From: Negaprion brevirostris
Lineage: Eukaryota
Assembly (NCBI GenBank): GCA_030324005.1
Contig: JARDVH010000121.1
Coordinates: forward strand, 53,723,397 to 53,787,396
Reading direction: 5' to 3'
DNA length: 64,000 bases
Shown: positions 24,222 through 38,324 of the stretch, piece by piece
Position numbering within the stretch: position 1 is the first letter of the stretch
Layout: the number at the start of each line of letters is the position of its first letter
Program-made: the position numbers and the translations under genes
Notes under the pieces: model-generated
Told to the model about the DNA's origin: nothing
Databases searched by the model: none
What the model saw: the letters and a program-made list of their open reading frames with translations, nothing else

Positions 24222-27200
24222 GTAGGTAACTGACTTCTATTTTCAGCAGTACCAAAACTGCTAAATGGCCTGGTCGGGTGCTTTAACATCAGTAATAAGT
24301 ACTAGGCCGTATGGCAGCAAATTAGCTTCTAAACCTCCTTTCCTTTCTTTCTCCCCTATGTAACTCTGTGGACGCTCTGTATAACTGGCAAAAAATAATA
24401 CTTTCCACTGTATCCCAATACATATGACAATAATGAACCAAATCGAATCAAAAACATGTAATTAACTTTTGGGGGTTGTGTGCACCTTGCGAAGCCAGGT
24501 AATGGCTTGGTTTTGAATTGATGCTCAGTGCAGTACCTTCCATGTATGATCAGTTGTTGATGATGATGACAGAACTGGGGAACGGTGGAGGGTTGTAGCA
24601 GTAAGCATGACCTCCGGGGCAGCGGCGTACATAATAGCTTGAAATTACATTCAGCAATTGATTTATCACACTTCTGGGCTGACATTTCTTCTTAAAAAAT
24701 GGGCCACCTTTTCACCCGTTTAAGGCAGACTATATAGTTCCACTCCATTGATGCCAATGAACAATCGCTTCCACTCCGCATCAGTCACCCCTAGCTATTG
24801 CCCACTGACGTATTATTGGGCAACAATATAACTATTTCCAACTCATGACTTTAGATAATCAGTTAATGATAGCATGGAAAGGAAGTTCAATTTTCTATAA
24901 ATCTCTGTCTACCCAACTCCTTTCGTGTATATACTGTAGACATAAAAAGATCCTCAATGGAATTAATAATGCCTTCACTAAAACCCGTGCTTACCTCGGT
25001 TTCTAACAGTTTGTTAAAACGGATAGAATTTTTTTAAAAAAGCTTATTCTGTATAATTAATTAAATCATATCGAGATTTATTTTTCTCAAATATAATTGT
25101 GTCATTTTACTTTGTATGGAGGTGTTTCTTATGTAATCCATGTACGGGTCAAATTAGTCAATTTACCATATTAGCATTCACCTCATGAGTATTGGATAGA
25201 GAACTCGTAGAAATAACGGCAAATGTCTGACCAACTAACACTTGAAAGATAATTTTATATTTTTGATAAATGTGATTCAGTTAACCAGACATTAACTACA
25301 ACCCTAGAAATTGTATNNNNNNNNNNTACGCCATGACAGGGAATAATTCTGACCATGTCTGGCCTCATTGGTACTTTTAGTTTCTACAGATTTCACTGTG
25401 ATCTCTCTGCAAATTATAACTTGTAATCCTTTCTACAACTAATTTATTCATAATTTTTTTTCTATCTCGTTTGGACCCAGTGTTGCTTTGCACGGTTTTC
25501 AGTGTATCCCAAGTAAAGGGCTAACGAATTCTGCTTCTTTCCAAAGGGAAAGGTGTATATTTTTCTAGCATTTGAATATTCCCCGGGGAAACAACTGGGT
25601 TTCGTATTTTAACTTTTTAACCGTTAAATAAAAGCCTGTATAGACCGTTCTGCCTTATCCCTTAAGCAAGAATTTGTTTGGAGTTCATAATGCGTTTGGT
25701 AGATACAAATTATTCAAGAGATTGCGAGGACAATACGAAAAAGCGAACCCCACATTATCCTAACATTAAAAGCATTGCAGCTGAGTGCGGAAGCGCCTAT
25801 GCCATTTCAAGTGCCTTTCGACCCAGCTACATTCTAATATTTGTGATTCACATTGAAATAAGCCTGAAATCGAGTTAGTATTTAGGGACTACGTGTTGCG
25901 ATTATCTTACTAGAGCTGCGTTTATTAGAATAGGACTTAATAATTTTATATCCGGCGCCTGGAAAGGGATAAAGGTTTTTTACATTAGGTCCGGAGACGT
26001 CTCTGCCATCGGCATATTAAAAATACTAATGCGTCCTTTTCATTCGGCCTCCCAACTGGGAACGTACACGAGATGCTGGACTAATAAACTTCGATCTGGC
26101 CGGTTGCTTCCCATGCCTGTTTAATTCAATCTCAACAAATGTTCAATTTAGAAAAATGTAAGGCTATAATATTTATGTCACTGGCCAATAACATTGAACA
26201 ATGGCGATTCCCTGAACCTTTGAGTCATTTTCTAACACCGAACACGTTTTGAGGATGTTTAAAATAACAGTGGAAGTTTATGGTTCGCAAGCCTATTAAG
26301 CACTTTACTGGGTCACATTAGCTCAGGGCAGACCCCTCAAAAGTCTATAGAAGTGCTCTGGCCCCCATGTCCAAAACAATCGAAAGATACAACCCCTTAT
26401 TTACTGCAGATAAAGAGAGAGAGAGAGACAGTGAAATTTGATCAACCATTCCAAGTATCAAACACACTTCATTACTTGCTAATACCCAGCGTCAACTTTC
26501 AAGCGACATAGATTAGAATATTAATGGAAGGGTTTGTCCAGAGTGTTTTTTTTTAATTTTGACAGTTTATGGAAAATGCATACATTATATTTTACACATA
26601 ATATGTAGGATCTATATGGTATATATGATATAATACATTGTATATAGGTTATATTATATGTGATATATTATGTATGATATATTCAATATATATGTTATAT
26701 TTAATATATTTAGTCTATTCGATATTAGCTTCATATTATGGCAAACGGGCACTATGATAAGCTTTCTCTATCAATATCTTGTACTTAATGTCTTGATTCA
26801 GATTCACTGACTGAGGATTCTTTTTTCTCTCTAAGTAAACTAATATCAATATTGCGTTCCACGCTATCAGCAGGTACAAAACATGATTTACATTTACCAA
26901 ATATACTGTTAAATTTTTTCGGATCTGCGTTGCAGACTTGTGAAGGTTCCTCTCGTAGCAATGCGCTGACACCCTCCCATACAAAACCCTGAGCTAGTCC
27001 TTTCAATACCGATTGGGGATCTCCGCACTTGCCGCCTGCACCAACCTTGACTCTCAAGATTTAAATTTTCTGCCCACAGGAGATGCTTCTCAATTTAAGA
27101 GAGAGAAAAAAAACACATTGATATTATTCACGCATTTAAAACAATAAGGGAACCGTTTATTCCTGTGCTATTCTTTTTATATGTCAATTCTGCCTCCCCG

Positions 27201-29085
27201 CTGAAGCGGCCCTGCTTTAGGACTGTGGAAGAATGGTGGGGGTTATTGTAACTGCATCCTTTGATATGATGGACAAATCGTGTCTCGCTCTCTCTCTCAA
27301 AGTAAAGCAACTGGGGGGGGGGGGGCACNNNNNNNNNNNNNNNNNNNNNNNNNNNNNNNNNNNNNNNNNNNNNNNNNNNNNNNNNNNNNNNNNNNNNNNN
27401 NNNNNNNNNNNNNNNNNNNNNNNNNNNNACAATTTTTTTTATCTCCTTCACATATTTGAAAAGAAGGGGTCTTGTTTACTGCACGTTTTGACATCTGCGG
27501 GAATAAATCCAGAACGTTGACCTGCTTTCTGTCCACAGGCAGTCATTTGTCACCCTTGTGGAATAGGTGTGATTGATACATCGAGTAGTGGATCACAGAG
27601 CGTTCTGTAACACAAATGAGCATTCCATCAGTCTTGTGAGCCAGTCTCCTTGTCGCCAGCAGTCAACATCCAAGAACACTTTGATGAAAAACGGGACAGT
27701 TTGGCAAAGCATTAGGATTTCTATCACCAACCCTGCCCCAAAGAAATACCTACAGTTAAACGTTTCTTCTCCTCCTTAGAAATTATTTGTGCCTTTCCAT
27801 TTGAAATAAAATGCAGTGCAGGGGGGAAAGGATGCCATTCTACTAAAGCTTACCCCTGCCCACAATTATTCCCCGCAAGCAAAGTTTGCCGGAGAGGGAT
27901 GTTACAACCACATGATATACACAAGATATGTACGGTATTGACGTCAGATAGATATCTTGACCACAGTGAATTGTATACGGTTATTATTATCCCGCATATC
28001 ATTTAAAAAGGACGTTTGAACATTTATTTGGGGGGGGGAGAGGGAAGGCTGGGGGGCAGAGAGAATACTGAATTTCAGAGATGATTATCGCCCTTGTTGC
28101 TTGTTGGAAGGGACTGCTGTCTACCATTCTGTGCCAAACGCTCGTCTATTTTCAAACGGACAGGCATTAAAAGCAAAAACTTGTCCCGGTCCTGCCTCAT
28201 AAACATTTTGGAAAAGTGTTCAGACGGCCCGTTTTCTTCTCGCAAAAGCGCGACGTGCAATTCTTACGCAAAAAAACCCCCTAATATTGTTCGACCCTAC
28301 CAATGTCTGGATGGCGGCTTTACAGAAGGACACCTCCCAATACACTTTGGAATGAAAAGGCTGAACACTCACACTTGCCAGTGACCGAACTCGCCTTACC
28401 ACCACGCCCCGACCCCACACACAATCCCCCAACGACTGACCACCCCCCCCCCCCCCCCTCATCAGAGGCATCCATCGATAGAAATTTTGAGCGGAAAATA
28501 AAACACCTATCCCCAATGTAACGAATTATCCTTTAGATGTAAGAAGATAGCTAATTTATAATCTTATGTTTTGAATCCATTGATCCCAGGCATCTATGGC
28601 GAATGAGGGGATATAAATTAAAGCAAAAGTGTTAACCAGAAATAAAGATACGTGAATTTCCCATGTTTATTTGTTGAGACCCGTCAAATTCGAAGGGCCA
28701 ATCTTTGTTTTTTAAAAAAGCTACATTTGTTAGCGGTGTTGGGAACTGAAATATATATTTACCGGCGGGACATTCGACTATAACTGATGTTAGGGAGGGG
28801 GGTCCTATCAAAAATGAAATGGTTTTCCTGTTAAATGTTGGGGAATCGCTCTCAAGTTGGGTCTCAGCTATGAAGTGAATGCAAGATAACATACTCCATG
28901 TCCAAAGCAAGGTAATAAATTGGATAATTTATTGGAGCTAGAACTATTTTTTTTAAAAGAACACTTTTTAACAGGATACATTTTTCCCGACAGTCACAAA
29001 TCTCTGTATTATGCAAACCAGATGTTACTGATTTTCCCTTTCGTCTCCACCACCCCCACCTCCCCACCTTCTTTATTTTAAATAG

Positions 29086-29252
29086 AGATGTTGGAAGATT
29101 TCCCCGAGGGCCGGGAGTGTGTGAACTGTGGGTCCATGTCTACACCGCTCTGGAGACGGGATGGGACGGGCCATTATCTCTGCAACGCCTGCGGATTGTA
29201 TCACAAAATGAACGGGATGAACCGACCGCTGATTAAGCCGCAAAGAAGATTG
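29086..29252 (+). CDS. gata5: GATA5 coding exon 2 (N-terminal zinc finger)
   Basis: Acceptor tttaaatag|AG; (E)[55 protein letters not shown]; donor TTG|GTAAGC (phase 0). Confidence 0.98.
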
Positions 29253-30084
29253 GTAAGCAGCCTGGTGGATTTCAGCGAGAAATATATAGCCCCTAAAAAG
29301 CTGCACAAGCGCTGGCCCTTTTCATCCCTTTTTTTTAAAAATCCACTGTTTTGTGAGGCTGAACCAACTCAGGACGGCCTTTGCCACTTCACATCGCCTC
29401 TATTCACATAAGGAAAACCAAAACCAAACCAGCGCCATTTCCCCGTTTTATTTTTGCATTCCCTTCATGATTTCAGAGGATTGTCTTTCCCTGTTAAAAA
29501 CGTGTGATTTTCCATCCCACCCCTCCTCCCTTTTTTGTTAACTGGAATGATTTATTTCCCGGTGGTCTGGATTATAAATCAGGGCCCTCATTGATTTTTG
29601 GATGTGGAATCTTGGCAAGAAATTGACAATTGATAGTTGGAGGTGACTAAATGTTCCACCGCCTGGTAAAACCCAAAGGCAGCACGGTTTTATTTATGCC
29701 TCTTCTGGATTAAATGCTGTATAACTCCAGAAAAATATATTTAACTTCTTTTTTCCCCTTTCAATCACCCTTCCACGTAGAATGGGCTGCAAAACAAACT
29801 CATAATTGTTATGTCTTAAATAACAACACTACATCACAATGTTGGGGGTCAACAACTTCCTTGACAAGGTCAGAGTTGTGAAGAGGCGCCCTTCAGAGGC
29901 CTATTCCCCATTCTGAATAAACTACTTAGACCTTGGCGATATAAATTATTTTAGCCTTGTGCCTTTCAATAAGCAGGAGGGGAACCTTGATCCTTTATCT
30001 CAATGTGAAAACAACACAATCGGTTGTGACTAGGGTCATTTTTTTTGCACAACCTATTTTAGCTCACATCGCGCTCCCAATAGT

Positions 30085-30303
30085 TTATAAAGAACAAAGA
30101 AGAAAAACAGCCCGGGAAACAGGCCCTTTGGCCCAACGAGCCCGCGCCGCCATCCCAACACCTCCAGTCCCCCCCTCCACCCATGAACTTTGTCGAATGT
30201 TTTATGGCCATCCACATTGAGGGAAACTAATTTAGGGACAAGTTATTACTGGCAATCAGCCTAACAGCACGTCTTTGGGGTGTGGGAGGAAACCGGAGCA
30301 CCA
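30085..30303 (-). mobile_element. SINE/LINE-tail fragment in gata5 intron
   Basis: gtgggaggaaaccggagcacc body motif plus a ggccctttggccca tail hairpin motif. Confidence 0.65.
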
Positions 30304-30419
30304 TACAACCATACAAGTTCAAATTTAACGCTTTGATAAATTGGGTGGTTACTTTCTCAGACTGGAATAAGAGACAGTGACACAATGAGAGAAAATAGAG
30401 TGAAATACTTTCATTCTTT

Positions 30420-30705
30420 ATAGAATCATAGAATCCCTACAGTGCAAAAGGAGGCTAGTTGGCCCACTGAACCTGCATGGACAACAATCCCACCCAGGCC
30501 CTATCCCCATAACCCCACATATTTAGCTTGCTAGTCCCCCTGATACCAAGGGGTAAATAAGCATGACCAATCAAACTAACTTGTACATCTTTGGACAGTG
30601 GAAGGAGCACCCAAAGGAAACCCGTGCAGACACAGGAGAATGTGCAAACTCCACACAGGGGCCAGAATTGAACACAGGTTCCTGGCACTGTGAGGCAGCT
30701 AACCA
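30420..30705 (-). mobile_element. HE1-like SINE, tail type A
   Basis: tagaatcatagaatccctacagtgca tail, body and partial head. Confidence 0.85.
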
Positions 30706-30924
30706 AAAGTCATTCAATTTATATATATGTGTAAGGTGTATTATATTACAACACCATGCACATATTGACACAAAATGACACTGTCTGTAGGGGAGAGATT
30801 ACCAAAAAGTTAAATTCCAGCATTAGTCCCATCATAAAAAATAATTTCCATTTGTTCTGTACATTTTTGCAATGGTGGTATGCCATTAAGAAATATAATG
30901 TGTAGATCATAATAATAAATATAG

Positions 30925-31137
<213 letters not shown>

Positions 31138-32054
31138 TAATAGACTTGATGCAATGCTGTGAACTGATGAAAGGCAAAATATGAACATTACGGTGGTGTT
31201 AGTATCTCTTCTATATACCTCTACTGATGTCTACTCATTTCCCTAGCTATTTTCAGTTGGAATATTTAAAGCTTGTTAACTAGAAGCTGCCATGTCAGGC
31301 AAAGCATTTCTCCTCTTCACTCAATCACAATTGAGGAAAAAAAAACAAAGAGGTCATGTTTATCAGAAAAATACTGATTACAAGAAGGCTAGCTGCACCC
31401 TGTACAGTTTTATTCCAGTATTGGAAAGATCCCTTACAACAATATCATGCAGAATGTACAGTGCTGGGGCAAGCTATTTGACTTAGCCAGTCCATACTGA
31501 CATTTATAGTCCACTCAACTTTCATCCCACCCTTCCTCATCCAGCACTATCTACACAACTCTCTATTTCTTTTTATATGCTTATTTAGCCTCCTCTTAAA
31601 TATGTCCATATTATTTGCCTCAGCCATGTCCTTTTGGCAGTGTGCAGCAAAACACGCCAGTGTCTGGGGAAAGAACCATAAAAACCCGAGAGTGCAGAAG
31701 GAGGCCATTGAGTTTGGACTGACTCTCTGAAAGAGCATCTTTTCCAGGCCCACTCACCACCATCCCCTCCCCCCGTCTGCCCCACACCCCTCCCCCACCA
31801 TTTCTGGTATATCCTTTCAAATCATTCTTGCCACTTTCTGTAATGCCTCGGTTTCCTTTTTTCGAATAAGGTGATCAGAATTGTAGACAGCACTCCTGGC
31901 ATGGTTGAAACAAGACTCCATAATTGATTGTTCAATTTGCTTCCTTCATGTAACTAACATATAAATTTTATGAAATATAACATTGAATCCCCAAACTACT
32001 CATTGTCTTCAGAGTTTATTAGTTTCAAATTGGTTATGTGGCTGTTTCATTGAA

Positions 32055-32392
32055 TTATAGAATCCCTACAGTGCAGAAAAGGCCATTCAGCCCATCAGGT
32101 CTGCATCAACTCTTTGACAAATTACCTTACCTAGGCTTCCCCGCCCTGCCCTATTACACATTTACCATAGCTAATCCATCTAACCTACCCATCCTGGGAC
32201 ATTACGGGACAATCTTACCATGGCCAATCCACCTAACCTGTACATCTTTGGACTGTGGGAGGAAACTGGAGCACCCAGAGGAAACCCACACAGATATGGG
32301 GAGAACGTGCAAACTCCACACAGACAGCCACCCAAGGCCGGAGTTGAATGAGGGTCCATGAAGATGTGAGGCAGCAATGATGATCACTGTAC
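32055..32392 (-). mobile_element. HE1-like SINE, tail type A
   Basis: Tail, body (ggactgtgggaggaaactggagcacc) and decayed head. Confidence 0.85.
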
Positions 32393-33245
32393 CCTAGATT
32401 GTCTTTCAGTTTTCAATGGATTCACCCTGCTTTCAATCAACAAGCTACCGGGAGGTAGTTATAAGCAAAGCTGTAGATTTTATGGAAATGTTAGCAGTGA
32501 TGTGCAAAACCAACAAGTGTTAGATTGATAACAGTGATAGATTCAACAAGTGATAGATTGCAAGGTCATTTCAATGTGGAACTATGTTTACCTGTAGGGA
32601 TGACATATTGACAAAATGGTTATATTGTTCAGTGAATGGTTTTCAAAGCTACTTGGCAGGGTTTTCATGAATTTCAGTTTCACCAGAGTTTGGATTAACA
32701 GTTTTCATAAATTTAGATGTAAATCACTGAAAAAGATTTTACCTATAAATTCCAGGAAGGTACTATATTCACTGGCTCGCATTGCAGACTGATTCACAAA
32801 GCAAGTGTTCATGGCATAGATGCAAAATCATTAGGCTGGGTTGACACATGACAGAAAGATAGACAATGATGGATATCAGGATGGAAACCAATTGACACAA
32901 AACCGGTATCGAACCTGATTTTCATAAATGTCATAGAATTACATTAAGTGGCACAGATTACTAGAATTTGTGGATGACACCAAACTGGATGCAACGATTA
33001 ATCAACATATGATAATAGAGAGGGAACAAGATAAGTTAGATTTAAAGGCAGAGAAGTGTTACACAGAGTTCAACATGAACATTAGAAATCATGAGACTAG
33101 GTGGAATTAAGAAGCAAGATTGTGGATTATGTAATAAAACTCTGAACGGAGCAGAGCTGTGGAATACATATTAAAACTGTTGGTTTAGCATTTCAAGGAG
33201 GCAAAGAAAACAACAAAATGTGTACTTAGAAGTGTCACATGCTTA

Positions 33246-33587
33246 TAATCCATAGAGTCCCTACAGTGCAGAAAGAGGTCATTTGGCCCATCCAGTCTGC
33301 ACTAATCCGCTGACAGAGTATTTTACCTAGGCCCTCTCCCCCACCCTGCACATAATCCCACACATTTACCATGGCTAATCCACCTAATCTACACATCTTG
33401 GGATGCTAAGGTGTTATTATTATTGATAATCCGCCTAATCTGCACATTTTTGGACTGTGGGAGGAAACCAGAGCACCCAGGGGAAACACTGGGAGAATGT
33501 GCAAACTCCACGCAGTCACCTAAAGCCAGAATTGAATCCAGGTACCTGGCACTGTGAGGCAGCAGTGCTAACCACCGTGCCACCCCG
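33246..33587 (-). mobile_element. HE1-like SINE, tail type A, inserted in older CR1 debris
   Basis: Intact head ggtggcacggtggttagcactgctgcctcacag on the minus strand. Flanks show FVDDTKL-like (about 32965) and CR1 3' remnants (33630-34000). Confidence 0.85.
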
Positions 33588-34349
33588 AATGTGTTCAGTA
33601 TGTAAATATATATTCTGTTATTGAAGTATTCTTAACCTGACCTTGGTGAGGGCATAGCTGAAAGATGGTGTCAATTTTTGATCTCCATATTAAAAGGAAA
33701 ATTGAGACATATTAAACAAATGTAGGTCGCAAGGTTGATTTCCTGAACTTTACACAGCTGAGTTAAGAGGAAAATTTTGTCTTGGGAGGATCTCAACTGT
33801 CTGGAGAGGAGGAGGAGGATAGGGAGACTTGATAGATGTCTTAAATTTGAACGGCTAGAGTGAATTTAGATACAGGGAAGTTCTTTTGTTAAGCATGGGT
33901 TTTAAGGATTATAGAGCATACTTTAAAGTCAATGTTGACAAAGAAAAGGATACTTAGGGAGCTGTCTTAAAGTAGGTGTTTGATCAAATCATTGGTGGTA
34001 GTAGTGGAATAAAAATCCATGGCGGGTTTAAAAGAAGGATCAATTGTTATTAGGAAAGGAGAAAGAGAGTTATTTGTTTCAGAATCCTAGTAAGGAAACT
34101 GGAGACTTGGAAGGAAAAAACAATGACCTCCTTCCAAAAATAACACTGCTACAACAAAAGTACAGTGGCACCAATACTGATGGTACTTCTTAAAAAGGTC
34201 ATATCATTGTAGGTTTGGCATAGATGTTGGTTTCAGGCTGGTAGGAACAGCCTGGTGTGATTTGATATTTTACAGCAAGCAAAAACGTGGTCAAAGTGTT
34301 GGGAAAAGGATATACATGTGTCAAAACCTCAACAGAGAAAGCAAAAAAA

Positions 34350-34732
34350 GAAAGCTTGCATTAATCTAGAATGTTAACATGCCTTCTGATATATCAAATT
34401 GCTTCAAGGGCAATTGATTACTTGTGAAGTATAGTCACTTCATAGTTAAATACTATCGGCCAGTTTATCCATCAAAAGCAAATGGAATAAATGGCTAGTT
34501 TGGTGGTGAAGGGGTGAATGTTAGGTCGGACTTCAGGAGAAATCTCTGCTCTTCTTCAAAATGTGTCATGGATTTTTCATTGCCATTGGAACAGGAGGCA
34601 AGGTTTTCACTTAACATCTTATGCATAAAACATCACTACATGCAATGCAGTATTGAAGGGATACCTTCATATCTTGAAGCAGGGCTTAAACCTGTAATCA
34701 GTTGACTCAGAGATGAGAGTGCTGCCACTGAT
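34350..34732 (-). mobile_element. Decayed DeuSINE (SacSINE1-like)
   Basis: Aligns by eye with 63423-63860 (gcttgcatt..., ctgctcttcttcaaaat..., gactcagag..gagagtgct). Confidence 0.6.
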
Positions 34733-35082
34733 CCTAATAACTAAAGTCTGTAATTCCATTCCCGTAAGGACCAATTTCGCTACTGATCATCCAGAGCAAG
34801 AGTTAATGCAGTCATTTGAAATAGAATTTAAAGCATGTTCTTTTGGACATGACAATTTGTTTTATGCATTTCATAGAATATAAGGTGTTATCTAAACTCA
34901 ACCTGACTTATTTTGATTTTTGAACTGAATAATACACATCCTTACTGTGAAGACAACGTACAGAAAATTTGCCCTTTATTCCCTAAGCTTTATGTTGAAA
35001 TCAGAATACTTCAATATATAGTTCTCAAAATAGATTTGAGAAATTTCTTAATATTTCTCAAATATTAAGAAATTTAACGCTG

Positions 35083-35208
35083 AGGGTGGGATTTTCCAGC
35101 TGAGCTTGCCTCAAGACCAGAGTATCCCACCCGCGGTCAACAGATCTTTGCGTGGTCCTGTCCTGCCTGATCCAATTCCTGTAACAGGTGGGATGGGTAA
35201 ATGCTGCC
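35083..35208. mobile_element. MITE-like short element with terminal inverted repeats
   Basis: gggtgggattttccagc...ggtaaatgctgcc; colinear with 50301-50424 and with the reverse complement of 56025-56150. Confidence 0.65.
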
Positions 35209-35931
35209 GTAAAACCAACCATTCATTCCAACAAGGTGTCCTAACATTGACCTATCTCATACTCACATGCTGTTACTGGCAAATCTTGTTCAAGTGCTAT
35301 TGAAAATTGTCAACGTTATTCAGGTGTAATTGCATTATTGTCCCACATAGATTATACAAAACTGTAATAAACAGCTCCCCCGTTTTGTCAATAAAATTTG
35401 CTCGTGTCGTAAAGTAACCGCATGAATGACTTTTAATATCACAGGCAAACGGGATGCAAGAAGTGCAATGACAGTTGCTGCAATTTGATGTATTTGAAGT
35501 GTTGTAGGACACAGTTGTGGCTGGAAGAACTTAGCACCAACTATACCCATTAAATATAGGTGTTTTTACCCAGAATCTATATCACATTTTCAGCACTGCA
35601 ATACGCCTCAGAATGTGAATAAACATTTTTGTAAGTCAAACACATTTTAATTTTAAAGACAGTTACACTTACAAGTTCTACACTCTCTTGTTCCTCACCT
35701 GTGTTGATAGTGGCATTAATAGACGTGAAAATCCTAATATCTTCAGATCACAAAAGAGAACAATCCAGGAGTGACAATTATGAGTGTATTCCACTCAGGA
35801 TAAAAGAAAACTACAGCATATTTGATATTAATCTTGATTCAGTGTTATACTTGGTGCAGCTTGCAAAGCAAAATCCTGCAATATGTTTTACATGGAATTG
35901 AAGTCACAATTATGGTGTTCACATCCTGCAG

Positions 35932-36019
35932 GTACCACGCCCACTGGCCATGAAGAAGGAAAGTATCCAGACAAGGAAAAGAAAACCTAAGAATGTTACC
36001 AAATCAAAAGGTTCCTCAG
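35932..36019 (+). CDS. gata5: GATA5 coding exon 4 (basic region/NLS)
   Basis: Acceptor cctgcag|GTA; [29 protein letters not shown] (KKESIQ is GATA5-type, versus EGIQ in GATA4/6); donor CAG|GTACTC (phase 1). Confidence 0.97.
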
Positions 36020-36285
36020 GTACTCATACTTCAAATAATTTCTCTGTGCTACCTCATCCTGTTTTAACACAAAGAAAGAGGTCCAAAGTCCCATAGCAGA
36101 CCAATGGTTACTAGGCAGTCGGATTTGTGCACTGGCAAAGTGTCTTGCCTCCTTAAGACATGTAAGGGATTGTAGCCAGACAGTTTTGACTTTGTAAAGA
36201 CAAGTACCAAATATTGATGCAGCATGAACCGTGCCTCTACACTGCTGCATTATCCTTGCCTGATAGAATAAAATTGTACCACAAA

Positions 36286-36469
36286 GGCCGAGATTTTTCA
36301 ACCCCATTCCACCACCCTGTGGCAAATTTTCTGGTGGCAAAGATGACTCGCCATAGGCTGACCTTTCAATTCCAATGGCATTATGTGCCGTTCGTCAGCT
36401 GCGCCAGTGGGGTCACCCTTGAAGGGAGCAGAAAATCCCCCTGGCAGGAAGGACTGGATAATTCAGCCC
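36286..36469. mobile_element. MITE-like element of the same TIR class
   Basis: ggccgagatttttca...ggataattcagccc termini with an internal aaattttctg / cagaaaat inverted pair. Confidence 0.55.
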
Positions 36470-36472
36470 AAT

Positions 36473-36635
36473 ATGGTGGCAGAGTGATTAGCACTGTTAC
36501 CCCAGGTGCATTGGCCATGCTAAAGTCCCCCTCAGTGTACCTGAACAGGTGCAGGAGTGTGGCGACTAGGGGATTTTCACAGTAACTCCATTGCAGTGTT
36601 AGTGTGAGCCTACTTGTGACTACTAAATAAACTTA
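36473..36635 (+). mobile_element. Internally deleted HE1-like SINE (head fused to tail B)
   Basis: ggtggcagagtgattagcactg joins directly to aggtgcattggccatgctaaa and a complete B tail. Confidence 0.8.
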
Positions 36636-37254
36636 AAAATATGTTTATTTTCAGAGTTATGCTTCCCCAAGTATCCCTCTCCAAAGTGAATTGTTCTTAA
36701 TGATCTCAATTTCTCCATTCCTCTTGTGTTTTCAGGCTACATCCAATAATATTTAACACATTATAATATATGTGCAGAAAATTTCTCATTCTTCCATATT
36801 AATGCTGCCCCTAACCCCAGATGTGTGTTAAAAACAGCTGGAACCATGTTTCCCTTCAACCTCCCAACACCTTCCTGGATTGTAGAATCTGAAATAATGT
36901 GATATTTGTTAATGTGTTGAAAAGAGAGTAAGGACTGGGAATGTTTGTTAAACCAAAGTGCTCTTATTGCAGTTGCATTTCTATGTCAAGCATTTAAGTA
37001 GATGTTTGAGTTATTTCTATCTGTTTGAAACATAAACAGATTAGCCATTAAGTTATCAAATGTCAGAGAATGCTTAAGGGCTGAATTGCCTACTTTTGCT
37101 CCTACCTCTTATGCTTGTACAATATAGAATATTTTTGTAAGTTGAAGAATGAAATAATAGATACAGAAAGGGGCATATGTATATACTATATATACACATA
37201 TATATACAATACATTTAATTCTTATATATATATATAAGTAAAATATGCAGTGAG

Positions 37255-37379
37255 CAAACCCACACAGACATGGAGAGAACATACAGACTCCACTTAGATA
37301 GTCACCTAAGGCTGGAATTGAACCTGGGTCTCTGGAGCTGTGAGGTAGCAGTGCTAACCATTGTGCCACCATGCCACCC
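37255..37379 (-). mobile_element. HE1-like SINE 5' half
   Basis: Minus-strand head gggtggcatggtggcacaatggttagcactgct...gacccaggttcaattcc. Confidence 0.8.
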
Positions 37380-38324
37380 TATGTACACATCCCTCAGGAA
37401 AATACAAGTCTATTAACTTAGAAAACCAAGGATAAATATCTTCATATCTTTTGATTTGACAAGAGAGCCTCAAACAATAAACAGGAATTAGATTTACAAC
37501 CTTACAAATACCACCAGCTGTTACATTTGTTTTTGATAGGCACAGTGATTTAAACATGATTACAAACCTGCCTGCTATTGGCTAAGGTTTTGTCAAATAG
37601 CACACTGTCCATGGACTGCCACTTTTACTTTCTTGCTTTTTCCCATTTTCCGTGCAATTCCAATTAAAACTTAGAGTGCAGGTAGCATGCATGGCAAACG
37701 CAGCCAACTCAGCAGCAGGGCAAGCTTTTCATTAACTGTCAACATAACACGTACAGCTGGCCTATAAAAGAACCATCTGGTCAAATGGGTAGGTTCTGTC
37801 TCACTGCCACAACTTTCCTGCTCAACTCCATTGGAATTAACCTAAGACTTGCAAACATAAAGGTGGCACACGTGTTTTTCAAAATTAAATGTCACTTATA
37901 AATATGTCACAGTACATTGGTTTTACTTTATTCATATTAATTGTCGAGACGAGCTTGGTCACGGAGCTAAATGTACTGACACATATCATGGTTGGAACTC
38001 ATTGATGATTACTGGGGATTTAGAGGTAATTTCTTTGTTGTCAAAGAGAAAATGCTTTGTTTCTTCATTCACTCTTCATACAATGCTTTTCTTAGTGTCC
38101 AGTGTTGCACTCGCCACACTGTGCGGCCATGGCTAAACTTGCAGGCTCAGCTGATCCCCCCCTTCTATGCATTGTAAAGGACTTTGTCTGAGATCACTCT
38201 CCATAATAATAATTGAAATGTTGTAATCCTCAGTCAGCCAACAACCTAAGGTAGATGCATGCTTAGACAGTACTGACACTATTCTTTAGGCTCCTCATTA
38301 CCTTGACTGAGGGGGGCTAGCACC

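Noticed and set aside
24222-24230. Alternative donor at 24226 (AG|GTAAC) and alternative last-exon acceptor at 43949
   Set aside because: Both put the downstream exon out of frame; only the chosen junctions give a continuous GATA5.
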